From contig JASGHJ010000001.1 in assembly GCA_047602405.1 (NCBI GenBank), forward strand, positions 160,001 through 224,000: DNA of 64,000 nt. The letters run 5' to 3'. A model generated the notes under the pieces. It saw only the letters and a program-made list of their open reading frames with translations. It was not told where the DNA came from and ran no database searches. The position numbers and the translations under genes were made by a program. The DNA comes from Anaeromyxobacteraceae bacterium. Lineage in GTDB: Bacteria > Myxococcota > Myxococcia > Myxococcales > Anaeromyxobacteraceae. Below, one piece after another: positions 9,461 through 18,946 of the stretch (its first letter is position 1; every line of letters starts with the position of its first letter).

Positions 9461-12400
9461 CCGCCACCCGTCCCAAGGCGCCCGACCACGAGGACCGCGA
9501 GAGGGCCATCCGCGCGCGCGGCGTCAACGTGCTCGTCGACGCCGGCGCCGGCACCGGCAAGACGACGCTGCTCGTGCGGCGCATCCTCGACCTCGTGGCC
9601 CCGGAGCACGGCGCCGCGACCGTGCCGCTCCGGCGCATCGCCGCGATCACCTTCACCCGCAAGGCCGCCGGCGAGCTCAAGTACCGCCTGCGCGAGGCGC
9701 TCCTCGGCGCGCTCGCGGATCGGCCCGCCGGCGAGCGCCGCAGGCTCCTCGAGGCCGCCGTCGCCGAGCTCGACACCGCCTGGGTCGGCACGATCCACGG
9801 GTTCGCCGACCGGCTCCTCCGGATGCGGCCCGTCGAGGCGCGGCTCAGCCCGACGTACGACGTGGTCGAGGAGGGGGACGCGCTCCTCGAGGAGACGTTC
9901 GACCTCGTCATGCAGGCCGTCGAGCTCGGCACGCTCGCGGCCGACCTCGGCCGGCCCGACCTCGCGCCGCTCGCGAGGGAGCTCGAGGGCGCGGTGGTCG
10001 ACGCGCTCGAGGCCGGCTTCCGGCCCAGGACGGTCGAATACGAGTACTTCACGATCGTGGGCCTGGACGGCCTCTTCCGCCGCTTCGTCGAGACGCGCGA
10101 CGTGAAGGTCGACGTCCCGCCGCCGCCGGCGCCGGACCTGGGCCTCTTCCGCAAGCTCGCCGGGGAATACCTCCGGCTCGCGGAGGACTCCGCGGGCGAG
10201 CTGCCGGGCTCGGTGTACGTGCGGCACGTCGCGGAGCGGCTCGCGAAGGTGCGCGACGAAAAGGACCCGATCCGGATCCTCGGCGAGCTCGTGCGGCTCC
10301 AGCTCGCGAAGCCGAAGGACATGGTGAAGAAGCGCGCGTTCGTCGACGACGACGCGGGCTGGGAGGCGTGGCAGGCCTGGAACGCCGACGACGGCCTGCG
10401 GGACCGCATCGCCGCCCCCTTCCACGCCTGGCTCGCGCGCCGCCTCGTCCGCTGCGCGCCGGTCGTCACCGCCGCCCACGACCTCGTGAAGCGCCGCCAC
10501 CGCGCGGTCGACCAGGTCGACCTCCTCCTGCAGCTGCGCGACCTCCTCCGGGCGAACAGGGGCGTCCGCCGCGACCTGCAGCAGCTCTTCGACCAGCTCC
10601 TCGTCGACGAGTTCCAGGACACCGATCCCCTCCAGGCCGAGATCGTGCTGTACCTCTGCGAGGCCGGGGCGAACGCGGACACCTGGCAGGACGTCGCCCT
10701 CACGCCCGGGAAGCTCACCATCGTCGGCGACCCGAAGCAGTCGATCTACCGCTTCCGCCGCGCCGACATCTCGGTGTACGCCGCCGTCCGCGAGCTCGTC
10801 CGCAAGGGCCCGCACCTCGAGGCCTCGCTGCGCGCGAACTTCCGCTGCGCGCCCGCCCTCATCGACTGGCTCAACGACCGCTTCGATCACATCCTGGGCA
10901 AGGCGACCGCCGGCACGCCGGCGTTCGACGCCCGGCAGGGCACGGTCGTGAACGTGCCGCTCCTCGCGGGCCGACAGGCCGCGGGGACCCCGCGCGTCGT
11001 CACGATCCCGCTCGGCGCGCCGGAGGAGAAGGTCGACCTCTTCCGCGCCGCCGAGGCCGGCGCCGTCGCCGCGTTCCTGCGCGCGCTCGTCGATCGCAGG
11101 GAGCGCAGGATCGTCGACCCGGTCACCGGCGAGGAGCGGCCGGTGCGGCTCGGCGACGTCGCGATCCTCACCGCCGCGACCACGAAGCTGCCCCTGCTCT
11201 TCCCGGAGCTCGACCGGCTCGGCATCCCGTACGCGGTGCGCGGCTCGCGGCTCTTCCTCGAGGACGCGCTCCACCGGCAGTTCCTGCTCGCGCTCCGGCA
11301 CCTCGCCGACCCGGCCGACGGCGTCGCGAAGGCCGCGCTGTTCCGGGCGCCCTTCTTCGCGATCGACCTCGACGACGCCGCCCGCGAGCGCGCCGGCGCC
11401 GCCGACCAGGGCCACCCCGGCGCGCTGCGCGTGCGCGAGGCAAAGGCCCTCCTCCAGGAGCTCCGCCGCGACCGGCTCGACCGCGCGCCCGGGGACACCG
11501 CCCGCGACCTCCTCGAGCGCACCGCCTTCGCGCGCACGGTGGCCCTCGGGGCGAACGGCGTGCAGCGGCTCGCGGGGCTGCGCGAGCTCTGCCTGCGCCT
11601 CGACGCGCTCGCGGCCGACGAGGGGCTCGACTTCGACGGCGCGACCCAGCGCATGCGCGAGTGGGTCATCGACCCCGTCGAGCTCGACCCGCCGCGCCCG
11701 GTCGGCGAGGAGGCCGTGCAGATCCTCTCCATCCACCAGGCGAAGGGGCTCGAGTTCCCGGTGGTGCTCCTCTGGGACGCCTGCGCGAGCGTGAAGGCGC
11801 AGGGCGAGCGGGCGGCGTTCGTCGTCGACCGCGACGGGACGAGCTGGTCGGCGCGGCTCGGCGACCTCGAGTGGTCGGAGCCGGAGGGCTCGGCCTTCGC
11901 CGCGCGGGAGCAGGCCTACCGCGACGCCGAGCGGCTGCGCCTCGTCTACGTCGCGGCGACGCGCGCCCGGGACCTCCTCGTGGTGCCGGTGCCGGTCGCG
12001 AGGAAGCGCGAGAAGTGGGTGAGCGGGCTGCTCGTCGAGGGCGCCCCCTCGAGGCTGGTCGACCCGCTCGAGCCGTACGCGCTGGACGCCGTGCCCGCCT
12101 GGGCGAACGGCGTCGCCGCCCCGAGGCCGGCGAGGCCCGGTGACGCGGCCCCGCTCGCCGCCGACGTGGCCGCCCGCTGGACCGCCGCGAGCGCGGCCGC
12201 CGGCGCGCCCCGGCTCGCGCCGTCGTCGGTCACCGCGGAGGCGCACCGGGAGCCGGACGGGGAGGAGGAGACCCGCGCCCCGAAGGTCCTCCGCCAAAGC
12301 CGCCACGGCCCGGTCTTCGGCGACACGGTCCACCGGGCCATCGGCCTCGCGCTCGCCGCGCCCGCGCGCTCGCCCGCCGACGCGGTCGCCCGCGCCGTGC

Positions 12401-12792
12401 TCGCGACCGGCCTCGACCGGCTCCACGCCGAGGCCGCCGACGACGTCGCCCGCGCCCTCGCCGCGCTCGAGGCCGCCGGCCTGCGCCGCGCGCCCGGCGT
12501 CGACCTGCGCCTCGAGTACCCGGTCGCGCTCGCCACGCCCGACGGCGCGAAGCTCGTGCAGGGCTACGTCGACCTCGTCGGCCTGCGCGCCGCCACCGGC
12601 CGCCTCGCGGTGGTCGACTTCAAGACCGACCAGCCGCCCGGCCCCGGCGAGCGCGTGGAGGACACCCACGCGGCGTACGTCGCGCAGGTGCAGGCCTACG
12701 CGCGCACGCTCGAGGCGCTCGGCCTCGCGCCGGCGGGCTCGGTCGAGGCGGGGCTGCTCTTCACGGCCGACGGGGTGTTCCGCTGGGTGTAA
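9457..12792 (+). CDS. AddA-like UvrD/SF1A helicase with C-terminal RecB-type nuclease
   Basis: AGAGTGKT, ITFTRKAA, VDEFQDT, VGDPKQSIYRFRRAD, SIHQAKGLEFPVV, YVAATRAR; nuclease GYVDLV..VDFKTD..QVQAY. Confidence 0.9.
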   Translation: MTATRPKAPDHEDRERAIRARGVNVLVDAGAGTGKTTLLVRRILDLVAPEHGAATVPLRRIAAITFTRKAAGELKYRLREALLGALADRPAGERRRLLEAAVAELDTAWVGTIHGFADRLLRMRPVEARLSPTYDVVEEGDALLEETFDLVMQAVELGTLAADLGRPDLAPLARELEGAVVDALEAGFRPRTVEYEYFTIVGLDGLFRRFVETRDVKVDVPPPPAPDLGLFRKLAGEYLRLAEDSAGELPGSVYVRHVAERLAKVRDEKDPIRILGELVRLQLAKPKDMVKKRAFVDDDAGWEAWQAWNADDGLRDRIAAPFHAWLARRLVRCAPVVTAAHDLVKRRHRAVDQVDLLLQLRDLLRANRGVRRDLQQLFDQLLVDEFQDTDPLQAEIVLYLCEAGANADTWQDVALTPGKLTIVGDPKQSIYRFRRADISVYAAVRELVRKGPHLEASLRANFRCAPALIDWLNDRFDHILGKATAGTPAFDARQGTVVNVPLLAGRQAAGTPRVVTIPLGAPEEKVDLFRAAEAGAVAAFLRALVDRRERRIVDPVTGEERPVRLGDVAILTAATTKLPLLFPELDRLGIPYAVRGSRLFLEDALHRQFLLALRHLADPADGVAKAALFRAPFFAIDLDDAARERAGAADQGHPGALRVREAKALLQELRRDRLDRAPGDTARDLLERTAFARTVALGANGVQRLAGLRELCLRLDALAADEGLDFDGATQRMREWVIDPVELDPPRPVGEEAVQILSIHQAKGLEFPVVLLWDACASVKAQGERAAFVVDRDGTSWSARLGDLEWSEPEGSAFAAREQAYRDAERLRLVYVAATRARDLLVVPVPVARKREKWVSGLLVEGAPSRLVDPLEPYALDAVPAWANGVAAPRPARPGDAAPLAADVAARWTAASAAAGAPRLAPSSVTAEAHREPDGEEETRAPKVLRQSRHGPVFGDTVHRAIGLALAAPARSPADAVARAVLATGLDRLHAEAADDVARALAALEAAGLRRAPGVDLRLEYPVALATPDGAKLVQGYVDLVGLRAATGRLAVVDFKTDQPPGPGERVEDTHAAYVAQVQAYARTLEALGLAPAGSVEAGLLFTADGVFRWV

Positions 12793-12801
12793 GCTCCGCC
12801 C

Positions 12802-14412
12802 GTGCCCGGCCAGATCTTCCCCGCTGACGCCCCGCGCCCCACCACCTCCCACGGTGAACGCACCCTCTGGGAGGCCCTGCGCAAGGGCCTGCCGAAGGGC
12901 TGGACCGCGTGGCACTCCCTGCGCATCCGGGACCGGCACAACTCCCTCGGCGAGACCGACTTCGTGCTCGCCCACCCCGAGCGTGGCCTCCTCGTGCTCG
13001 AGGTGAAGAACGGCACCGTCGAGCAGCGCGGCGGGCACTGGCTGCAGAACGGCGAGCGCATGGAGCGCTCACCGCTCGACCAGGCGCTGGGCTTCCAGAG
13101 GAAGCTCCTCTCCCGGCTCGCCGACCGCGGGTGCCAGCCGCCGGCGTGGGGCGTCGCGCTCGCGCTCCCCGAGGTGGACGTGGGCGAGCAGCCGACGCAG
13201 GACGACCTCGCCGGCGTGGTCCTCGGCAAGAACGACCTCCCCTGGCTCTCCGACGCGCTGCCGGCGGTGGTGGAGCGCGCGCTCAAGCAGCCCGGCGGCG
13301 GCACCGGCAACTGGATCGCGGCGCTCCAGGACCTGTGGGGCGAGACCTGGACGTCGACGCTCTCCCTCGGCCGGCGCGTCCAGGACGGGAAGGCCTTGCG
13401 CGTCGCGCTCGACGACGAGCAGCTCGGCCTCCTCGACCTCCTCGCCGAGCAGGATCGCGTGCTCGTCTCGGGCGGCGCCGGGACCGGGAAGACGCTCCTC
13501 GCCGTCGAGGCCGCTCGGCGAGAGCGCGCCCGCGGCCACAGCGTGCTCCTCCTCTGCTTCACCCAGCCGCTGAAGCGCTGGCTCGAGGCCCGCGTCGCCG
13601 GCGAGGGCATCGACGTGCACACCGCGAGCGGCCTCGCGAGGGAGCTCGCCGTCGCCGAGGGGCGCGCCTGGGAGTTCGAGGGGCTCACCGAGGGCGAGGT
13701 CTGGAAGGCGTACTCGGAGAAGGCGGCCGAGGTCTGCCAGCCGCGCTGGGACGCCGTGATCGTGGACGAGGCGCAGGACCTCACCTTCGAGGCCTGGTAC
13801 CTCGTGGAGGCGCTCACCCCCGGGAAGCGCCTGTGGGCGTTCCACGATCCGGGCCAGGCGTACTGGCCCGAGCGCACGCCGCCCACGAAGCTCCTCGGGA
13901 AGCCCTTCCAGCTCCGCCGCGGCCAGCGCTCGCCGGCCGGCGTCGAGCTCCTCGCGCGGCGCTACCTCGGCGAGGTCGCCCCCGGCGACCCGATCGAGAA
14001 GGCGAGGAAGAGCGGCGTGCTCGGGCTCGTGCCCTGCCCCGAGCCGTCGCGCACCGCCGCCGCGGTCGGCGCGGAGATCGACCGCCTGCGCAGGGAGGGC
14101 ATCGCGCTCGCGGACATCGGCGTCGTCTCGCTGCGGGGCCAGGGCGCCTCGAGCGCCGTCCACCGCGCCGCCTCGCTCGGCGACCACGCGTTCGTCACCG
14201 CCGACGCGCCCGACATGGAGGACCGGCTCGTCGCCGACTCCTTCCTGCGCTGGAAGGGGCTCGAACGGCCCGTCGTGATCGTCGCCGACGTGGACCCCGC
14301 GCTGAAGCACTTCGGCACCCGGATGCACATCGCCCTCACCCGCGCGCTCACCGGCGCGCGCGTCGTCGCGCCGCCGGGGCCGGCCGGCGCCTGGCCCGGG
14401 CTCGAGCCGTGA
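12802..14412 (+). CDS. NERD nuclease domain fused to an SF1 helicase
   Basis: N-terminal GETDFVL..LVLEVK; GGAGTGKT, IVDEAQD, WKGLERPVV, IALTRA. Confidence 0.87.
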   Translation: MPGQIFPADAPRPTTSHGERTLWEALRKGLPKGWTAWHSLRIRDRHNSLGETDFVLAHPERGLLVLEVKNGTVEQRGGHWLQNGERMERSPLDQALGFQRKLLSRLADRGCQPPAWGVALALPEVDVGEQPTQDDLAGVVLGKNDLPWLSDALPAVVERALKQPGGGTGNWIAALQDLWGETWTSTLSLGRRVQDGKALRVALDDEQLGLLDLLAEQDRVLVSGGAGTGKTLLAVEAARRERARGHSVLLLCFTQPLKRWLEARVAGEGIDVHTASGLARELAVAEGRAWEFEGLTEGEVWKAYSEKAAEVCQPRWDAVIVDEAQDLTFEAWYLVEALTPGKRLWAFHDPGQAYWPERTPPTKLLGKPFQLRRGQRSPAGVELLARRYLGEVAPGDPIEKARKSGVLGLVPCPEPSRTAAAVGAEIDRLRREGIALADIGVVSLRGQGASSAVHRAASLGDHAFVTADAPDMEDRLVADSFLRWKGLERPVVIVADVDPALKHFGTRMHIALTRALTGARVVAPPGPAGAWPGLEP

Positions 14413-14420
14413 GCAGCTGA

Positions 14421-14456
14421 TCCCCCCTCTCCCCCCGCAGGCCGGGTGAGGGGGGC
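14421..14456. terminator. GC-rich hairpin between convergent genes
   Basis: CCCCCCTCTCCC...GGGTGAGGGGGG between the NERD-helicase and ADP-ribosylglycohydrolase stops. Confidence 0.35.
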
Positions 14457-14466
14457 CCCCGGAGCC

Positions 14467-15441
14467 TCAGCACCCCGCGTGGAGCTCGTCCGCCGCCCTG
14501 AGCACCTCGGCCCCGAGCTCCACCTTCACGACCCACGCGGCCGGCAGCGCCGCCTCGCCGAGCGCGGCGCCCAGCAGGTTCCCCGCGATGGCCCCGGTGG
14601 AGTCCGAATCGCCGGAGTGGTTCACCGCGAGCAGCACCCCGTGCGCGAAGTCGCGCGCGACGAGCGCCGCCGCGAGCCCGATCGCGAGCGCCTCCTCCGC
14701 GACCCAGCCCCCGCCGAGTGTCTCGAGCGCCTCCGGCGTGGGCTCCCCGCGCGCCGCGAGCCCGAACGCGCCCCGCAGCGCGGCCACGGTCTCCTGCGCC
14801 CCCGGCACGCCCTCGAGCTCGCCCGCCACCGCCCGCGCGGCCTCCCGCAGCGCCTCGCCGCGCGCGACCCGCGAGACGATCGCCGCGAGGGCCCCGCCCG
14901 CGAGCCAGCCGGTGGGGTGACCGTGCGTGATGGCCGAGAGCGCGCAGCCCGCCTCGAACGCCTCCCTCGGCGCGAGCGCGAGCCCGATGGGCGCGACGCG
15001 CATCACGGTCCCGCAGCCCTTCGAGTCGTTGAGCGGCGCCGCCGGGGTCCCCATCCGCCCCGAGCGCAGCGCGGAGAGGCAGGTGTTCCCCGGCGCGCGC
15101 CGCGCGTGCAGCGCCGGCGTCGCGAGGAGCCAGCCGTCCAGCGTCGCGCCCGTGCCGGCCGGGACCCGCTCGCGCTGCGTGGAGAGCCAGCGCAGGTACG
15201 CATGCCAGCCCTCGACGGCGAGGCCGGGCGAGCCCGGCGCGCGGGCCCGCACGAGGGCCTCCGCCGTGAAAAGCGTCATCTGCGTGTCGTCGGTGATCTC
15301 GGGCTCGACGAGGTCGGTCAGGCCCCTGGGCCCGTGCGCCTCGCGGATCGCGCGGAGGTTCAGGAACTCGATCGGCGCCCCCAGGGCGTCGCCGAGGGCG
15401 CCGCCGAGCAGGCAGCCGCGGAAGATCGATCGGGTGGGCAC
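14467..15441 (-). CDS. ADP-ribosylglycohydrolase (DraG/ARH family)
   Basis: GCLLGGALGDALGAPIEF, ITDDTQMT, SKGCGTVMRVAPIGL, NHSGDSDSTGAIAG. Confidence 0.9.
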   Translation of the reverse strand: MPTRSIFRGCLLGGALGDALGAPIEFLNLRAIREAHGPRGLTDLVEPEITDDTQMTLFTAEALVRARAPGSPGLAVEGWHAYLRWLSTQRERVPAGTGATLDGWLLATPALHARRAPGNTCLSALRSGRMGTPAAPLNDSKGCGTVMRVAPIGLALAPREAFEAGCALSAITHGHPTGWLAGGALAAIVSRVARGEALREAARAVAGELEGVPGAQETVAALRGAFGLAARGEPTPEALETLGGGWVAEEALAIGLAAALVARDFAHGVLLAVNHSGDSDSTGAIAGNLLGAALGEAALPAAWVVKVELGAEVLRAADELHAGC

Positions 15442-15538
15442 GGAGAGAAGTGTTGCGGGGGTACGGACATGGCTCTCGCGGGTTGCGTCGCCCCGCCGCA
15501 GCGCCGGAGTCGTCCGCCGGTGCCTAGAGTCGGCGGCC

Positions 15539-16564
15539 ATGCTCCACGGTGCGCACCTCGTCGGCAGCGTCCCGCTCGGCTCCTCGTCGGAGGTCTTCCG
15601 CGCCGTCTCCGGCGCGCTCGGGCCCTGGCTCCGCGCGGTGCCGGACGGCGAGACCGGCGTCCGCAAGGACTGGATCGCCTGGCAGTACGCGGTCCTCGCC
15701 GGCACGCCGGGCCTCGAGCCGGTGCCGCCGGACGACCGCGTGTACCTGAGGAAACAGCTCGTCCGGCGCGTGCCCGGCACGCCCCCGCCGGCGTTCGGCG
15801 CGCTCGGCTACGCCGACGCCGCCATCGGATCCTTCTCGGTCTTCGACGAGCTCCAGGCGACGGGCGCGCTCCCGCGGCACCTGCGCTTCCAGGTCTCGCT
15901 GCCGACGCCGCTCGCGCCGCCCACGGTCTTCGTGGCGCTGCCGGACCGCGCCGAGGTCGAGGCGGCGTACGAGCGCGCGCTCCACGCCGAGCTCGTGCGG
16001 ATCCTCGCGCACGTCCCGCACGATCGCCTCGCCATCCAGTGGGACGTCGCGGCGGAGTTCGGGCTGCTCGAGGGGCTGTGGTCGGCGCACTTCGTGGAGC
16101 TGGAGCGCGGCGTGCTCGCGCGCCTCGACCGCTGCGCCGGCTGGGTGCCGCCGAGCGTCGCGCTCGGGTTCCACCTCTGCTACGGCGACTTCGGCCACCG
16201 GCACTTCGTCGAGCCGCCCGACGCCTCGCGCCTCGTGCGCGTCGCCAACGCGCTCGCCCGGCCGGGCTGGCGCGCGCCGGACTGGGTGCACCTGCCCGTG
16301 CCGAAGGCCTGGGCCACGCCGGAGTCGTTCGCGCCGCTCGCCGACCTCGCGCTGCCCGCGGTCACGCGGCTCTTCCTCGGCGTCGTCCACGCGTCCGACG
16401 GCCTCCCCGGCGCGCGCGCCCGCATCGCCCGCGCGCGCGACTTCGTGCACGAGTTCGGGATCGCGACCGAGTGCGGCTGGGGCCGTCGCCCGCCGGCGAC
16501 GATCCCGGCGCTGCTCGCCCTGCACCGGGAGCTGCTCGAAGGAGTCCGCTCACCCCGGGCGTAG
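15539..16564 (+). CDS. Cobalamin-independent methionine synthase catalytic-domain-like TIM-barrel protein
   Basis: HLVGSVP, PDGETG, IQWDV, FHLCYGD, ATECGWGR. Confidence 0.7.
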   Translation: MLHGAHLVGSVPLGSSSEVFRAVSGALGPWLRAVPDGETGVRKDWIAWQYAVLAGTPGLEPVPPDDRVYLRKQLVRRVPGTPPPAFGALGYADAAIGSFSVFDELQATGALPRHLRFQVSLPTPLAPPTVFVALPDRAEVEAAYERALHAELVRILAHVPHDRLAIQWDVAAEFGLLEGLWSAHFVELERGVLARLDRCAGWVPPSVALGFHLCYGDFGHRHFVEPPDASRLVRVANALARPGWRAPDWVHLPVPKAWATPESFAPLADLALPAVTRLFLGVVHASDGLPGARARIARARDFVHEFGIATECGWGRRPPATIPALLALHRELLEGVRSPRA

Positions 16565-16581
16565 CCGCCGCATCACCGTGT

Positions 16582-16625
16582 GTCCCGAGCGTAGCCGCCG
16601 CGACGCGGCGGCGGAGACGAGGGAC
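16582..16625 (+). repeat. REP-like hairpin repeat, copy 1 (partial copies on both sides)
   Basis: GTCCCGAGCGTAG-CCGCCGCGACGCGGCGGC-GGAGACGAGGGAC. Confidence 0.7.
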
Positions 16626-16675
16626 GGCGGAGACGAGGGGTGGACCGGGGGTCCCTCCTGCGCGACACTTCGGTC

Positions 16676-17605
16676 ATGCGCCTCCACGCCCGCCCGCTCG
16701 CCGCGCTCGCGCTCCTCCTCCTCGCCGGCGGCGCCCTCGCCGCCGAGCCCGTCGCGCTCCTCCCCGCGAGCGGCGCGAACGTGGACGCCGGCACCCTCTC
16801 CGCCGCGAACGAGGTCTTCCGCTCCTACGTCGACCAGGCCGGCGAGTTCGCGCTGCGCCCGGCGCGCGGCGGCCCCACCTCCCCCGTGGAGGCCCTGCCC
16901 TCCGAGGCCGCCCAGGCCGCCGCGGAGGTCGGCGCGAGCCAGGCCGCGGCGCTCCGCCTCGCGGCGCTCGGCCCGGTCATCACCGTCCGGCTCACCGTGT
17001 ACGGCGCCCCCGACGGCCGCACGCTCTGGACCGACTCGCTCCAGGCCGGCTCCGCCGCGGACCTCGACCCGGTGCTGAAGCGCCTCGCCGTCGGCTGGTC
17101 GCGCGGCACGAAGGCCGTCGCCGCCGCCGAGATCGACACGGTGACCGACCGGGAGGCGAGGGCCCTCAACAAGAAGCAGGCGACGAAGCAGCGCGGCTTC
17201 CGCCTCGGCGTCGTGAAAGGGCTCAACACCGCCGACGGCAGCGACCCCACCGGCAAGGGGCTCGGCACCTACTGGCTCTACGACGCGCGCGCGTTCCTCG
17301 TCGACGTGACGACCGACCTCTACTGGGGCGGCCGCATCAACAACTTCGCGATCGGCTTCGGCGGCTACGTCCCGCTCACGAGCACCGACCTCGCGCCGTA
17401 CCTCGGCGGCGGCCTGCGCTACGGCTGGACCCGCCTCTCGGGCGACTGGGCCAACGGCTTCCAGCCGTACGTCGCGGGCGGCCTGATGGTCGGCCGCCTG
17501 TCGTCGGTCGGCTTCCGGGCCGAGGTCTCGTGGCACTGGGACCTCTACGAGACCGCCGGGCAGAACTCGAGCCTGCTCATCGGCTCGGTGGCGGTGCAGT
17601 TCTGA
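16676..17605 (+). CDS. Secreted/outer-membrane protein with C-terminal beta-barrel
   Basis: Signal peptide ending ALA-AE; amphipathic beta strands; terminal Phe (SVAVQF). Confidence 0.7.
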   Translation: MRLHARPLAALALLLLAGGALAAEPVALLPASGANVDAGTLSAANEVFRSYVDQAGEFALRPARGGPTSPVEALPSEAAQAAAEVGASQAAALRLAALGPVITVRLTVYGAPDGRTLWTDSLQAGSAADLDPVLKRLAVGWSRGTKAVAAAEIDTVTDREARALNKKQATKQRGFRLGVVKGLNTADGSDPTGKGLGTYWLYDARAFLVDVTTDLYWGGRINNFAIGFGGYVPLTSTDLAPYLGGGLRYGWTRLSGDWANGFQPYVAGGLMVGRLSSVGFRAEVSWHWDLYETAGQNSSLLIGSVAVQF

Positions 17606-17639
17606 AGCCCTGGCCGCCGAGGCCCGGCGGCCCCACCGT

Positions 17640-18233
17640 GTGAGGGTGCCGCGCAGCATCCTCATCGCCGATCGCTGGCTCTGGTTCGCGGTGCGCGCCG
17701 GCCTCGCCGCCGTGCTCGCGCTCGCCGCGCTGGTCGCCCCCGGCGCCGGGCACCACGCGCTCGCCGCGACGGCCGGCGTGCTCGCGGTCGCGAGCGGGGG
17801 CCTCGCCTTCACGCTCGCCGCCCCCGGCCCCACCGCGGAGCCGCGCTTCGTCGCCTTCACGGTCGAGGGCGTCGCGGCCGTGGCGAGCGGCGTGGCCGCA
17901 TTCACCCTGGGTACACGCGGGCCGATCTGGCTCGCGGTGGTGCTCGGCGGGTGGGCCGCACTCGCCGGCGCGGCGCAGGTCGGGGCCGGGCTGCGGCTCG
18001 GGCGGCAGATCGCCCGCGAGTGGCTGCTCACGGGCGCGGGGACCTGCTCGCTCGTCGCCGCCACCTACCTGTTCCTCGCCATCCCCTCCGGCGCACCGCG
18101 TCTCGCACCGGCGGTCGCGCTCTGGCAGGCGGCCCTCGCCGCCACGTTCGGCCTCCTCGCCCTCCGGCTCCGGGCCTGGTCGCGCCGCCGTGAGCGGCCG
18201 GTGCCCTGGATCCGCTCGACCGCCCACGCCTGA
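17640..18233 (+). CDS. Integral membrane protein, DUF308/HdeD-like
   Basis: About six hydrophobic segments; GWAALAGAAQVGAGLRLGRQIAREWLL pattern. Confidence 0.6.
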   Translation: MRVPRSILIADRWLWFAVRAGLAAVLALAALVAPGAGHHALAATAGVLAVASGGLAFTLAAPGPTAEPRFVAFTVEGVAAVASGVAAFTLGTRGPIWLAVVLGGWAALAGAAQVGAGLRLGRQIAREWLLTGAGTCSLVAATYLFLAIPSGAPRLAPAVALWQAALAATFGLLALRLRAWSRRRERPVPWIRSTAHA

Positions 18234-18436
18234 GCGCCGGTGTCCCAGGATCCGGGCACGCCGGCCCCGGCCCGGCCCCCACGAGGGCACGAGTGTCGAT
18301 CCGTCGCGGGCGCTTTTCCGGGTTAGGCTCTGCGCCTTCTTGCAAGGTGCAGCACGGCGACGAACGGAGGCCGGGCGAGAGCGCGCCGCAGCCCTCTTTG
18401 CCCGGCCTCCGTTCCCGCCACCGCGCGCCGGCGGGC

Positions 18437-18856
18437 TCAGCGCCGCGGCCCCTCCTCCGGGGTCGAGCGCACGTACCGGTGCTCCTGCGTGAGCCCGCCG
18501 TACCCGTAGCCGTGCGCGGGCACCTCGTGCACGTGCACGTAGCTCTCCTCCTGCAGCGCGCCGAGGAGCACGCCCATCGCCCGGAACACCTCCCGCACGT
18601 ACGCCGCGAGCTCGTCCTTCGTGTTCGTCCCGGCGGTCACCCGGACGTCCAGGAAGAAGCTCGCCTTCCCCTGCTCCGCGAGGCTCCTGCCCGCGACGAA
18701 CCAGTGCGTGGGCTCCACGAGCTGGATCGCGACCGCGGTCACCTCCGGCTTCTTCTTCAGGTACCTCGCGGTGAGCTCCGCGAGGATCGAGGCGGCCTTC
18801 CCGGGGAGGCCCTGCTCGGTGCGGCGGGGGGCGAGGCGAACGTCGAGGAACGGCAT
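18437..18856 (-). CDS. Tautomerase (4-oxalocrotonate tautomerase/MIF superfamily)
   Basis: Met-Pro N-terminus (catalytic Pro1), VTAGTNTKDE, ESYV, YGYGGLTQE; AGGAG RBS. Confidence 0.85.
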   Translation of the reverse strand: MPFLDVRLAPRRTEQGLPGKAASILAELTARYLKKKPEVTAVAIQLVEPTHWFVAGRSLAEQGKASFFLDVRVTAGTNTKDELAAYVREVFRAMGVLLGALQEESYVHVHEVPAHGYGYGGLTQEHRYVRSTPEEGPRR

Positions 18857-18917
18857 GGTGTGGCTCCTTTCGAGGTCCGATCTACGCATCCCGGACAGTT
18901 GCCACAATTGAAACCTT

Positions 18918-18944
18918 TTCACGATTCGGGTCATACTTCGTGAA
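18918..18944. promoter_or_regulatory. Inverted repeat, probable LysR operator in divergent promoter
   Basis: TTCACGA-N13-TCGTGAA in the AT-rich gap between tautomerase and LysR. Confidence 0.4.
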
Positions 18945-18946
18945 CC

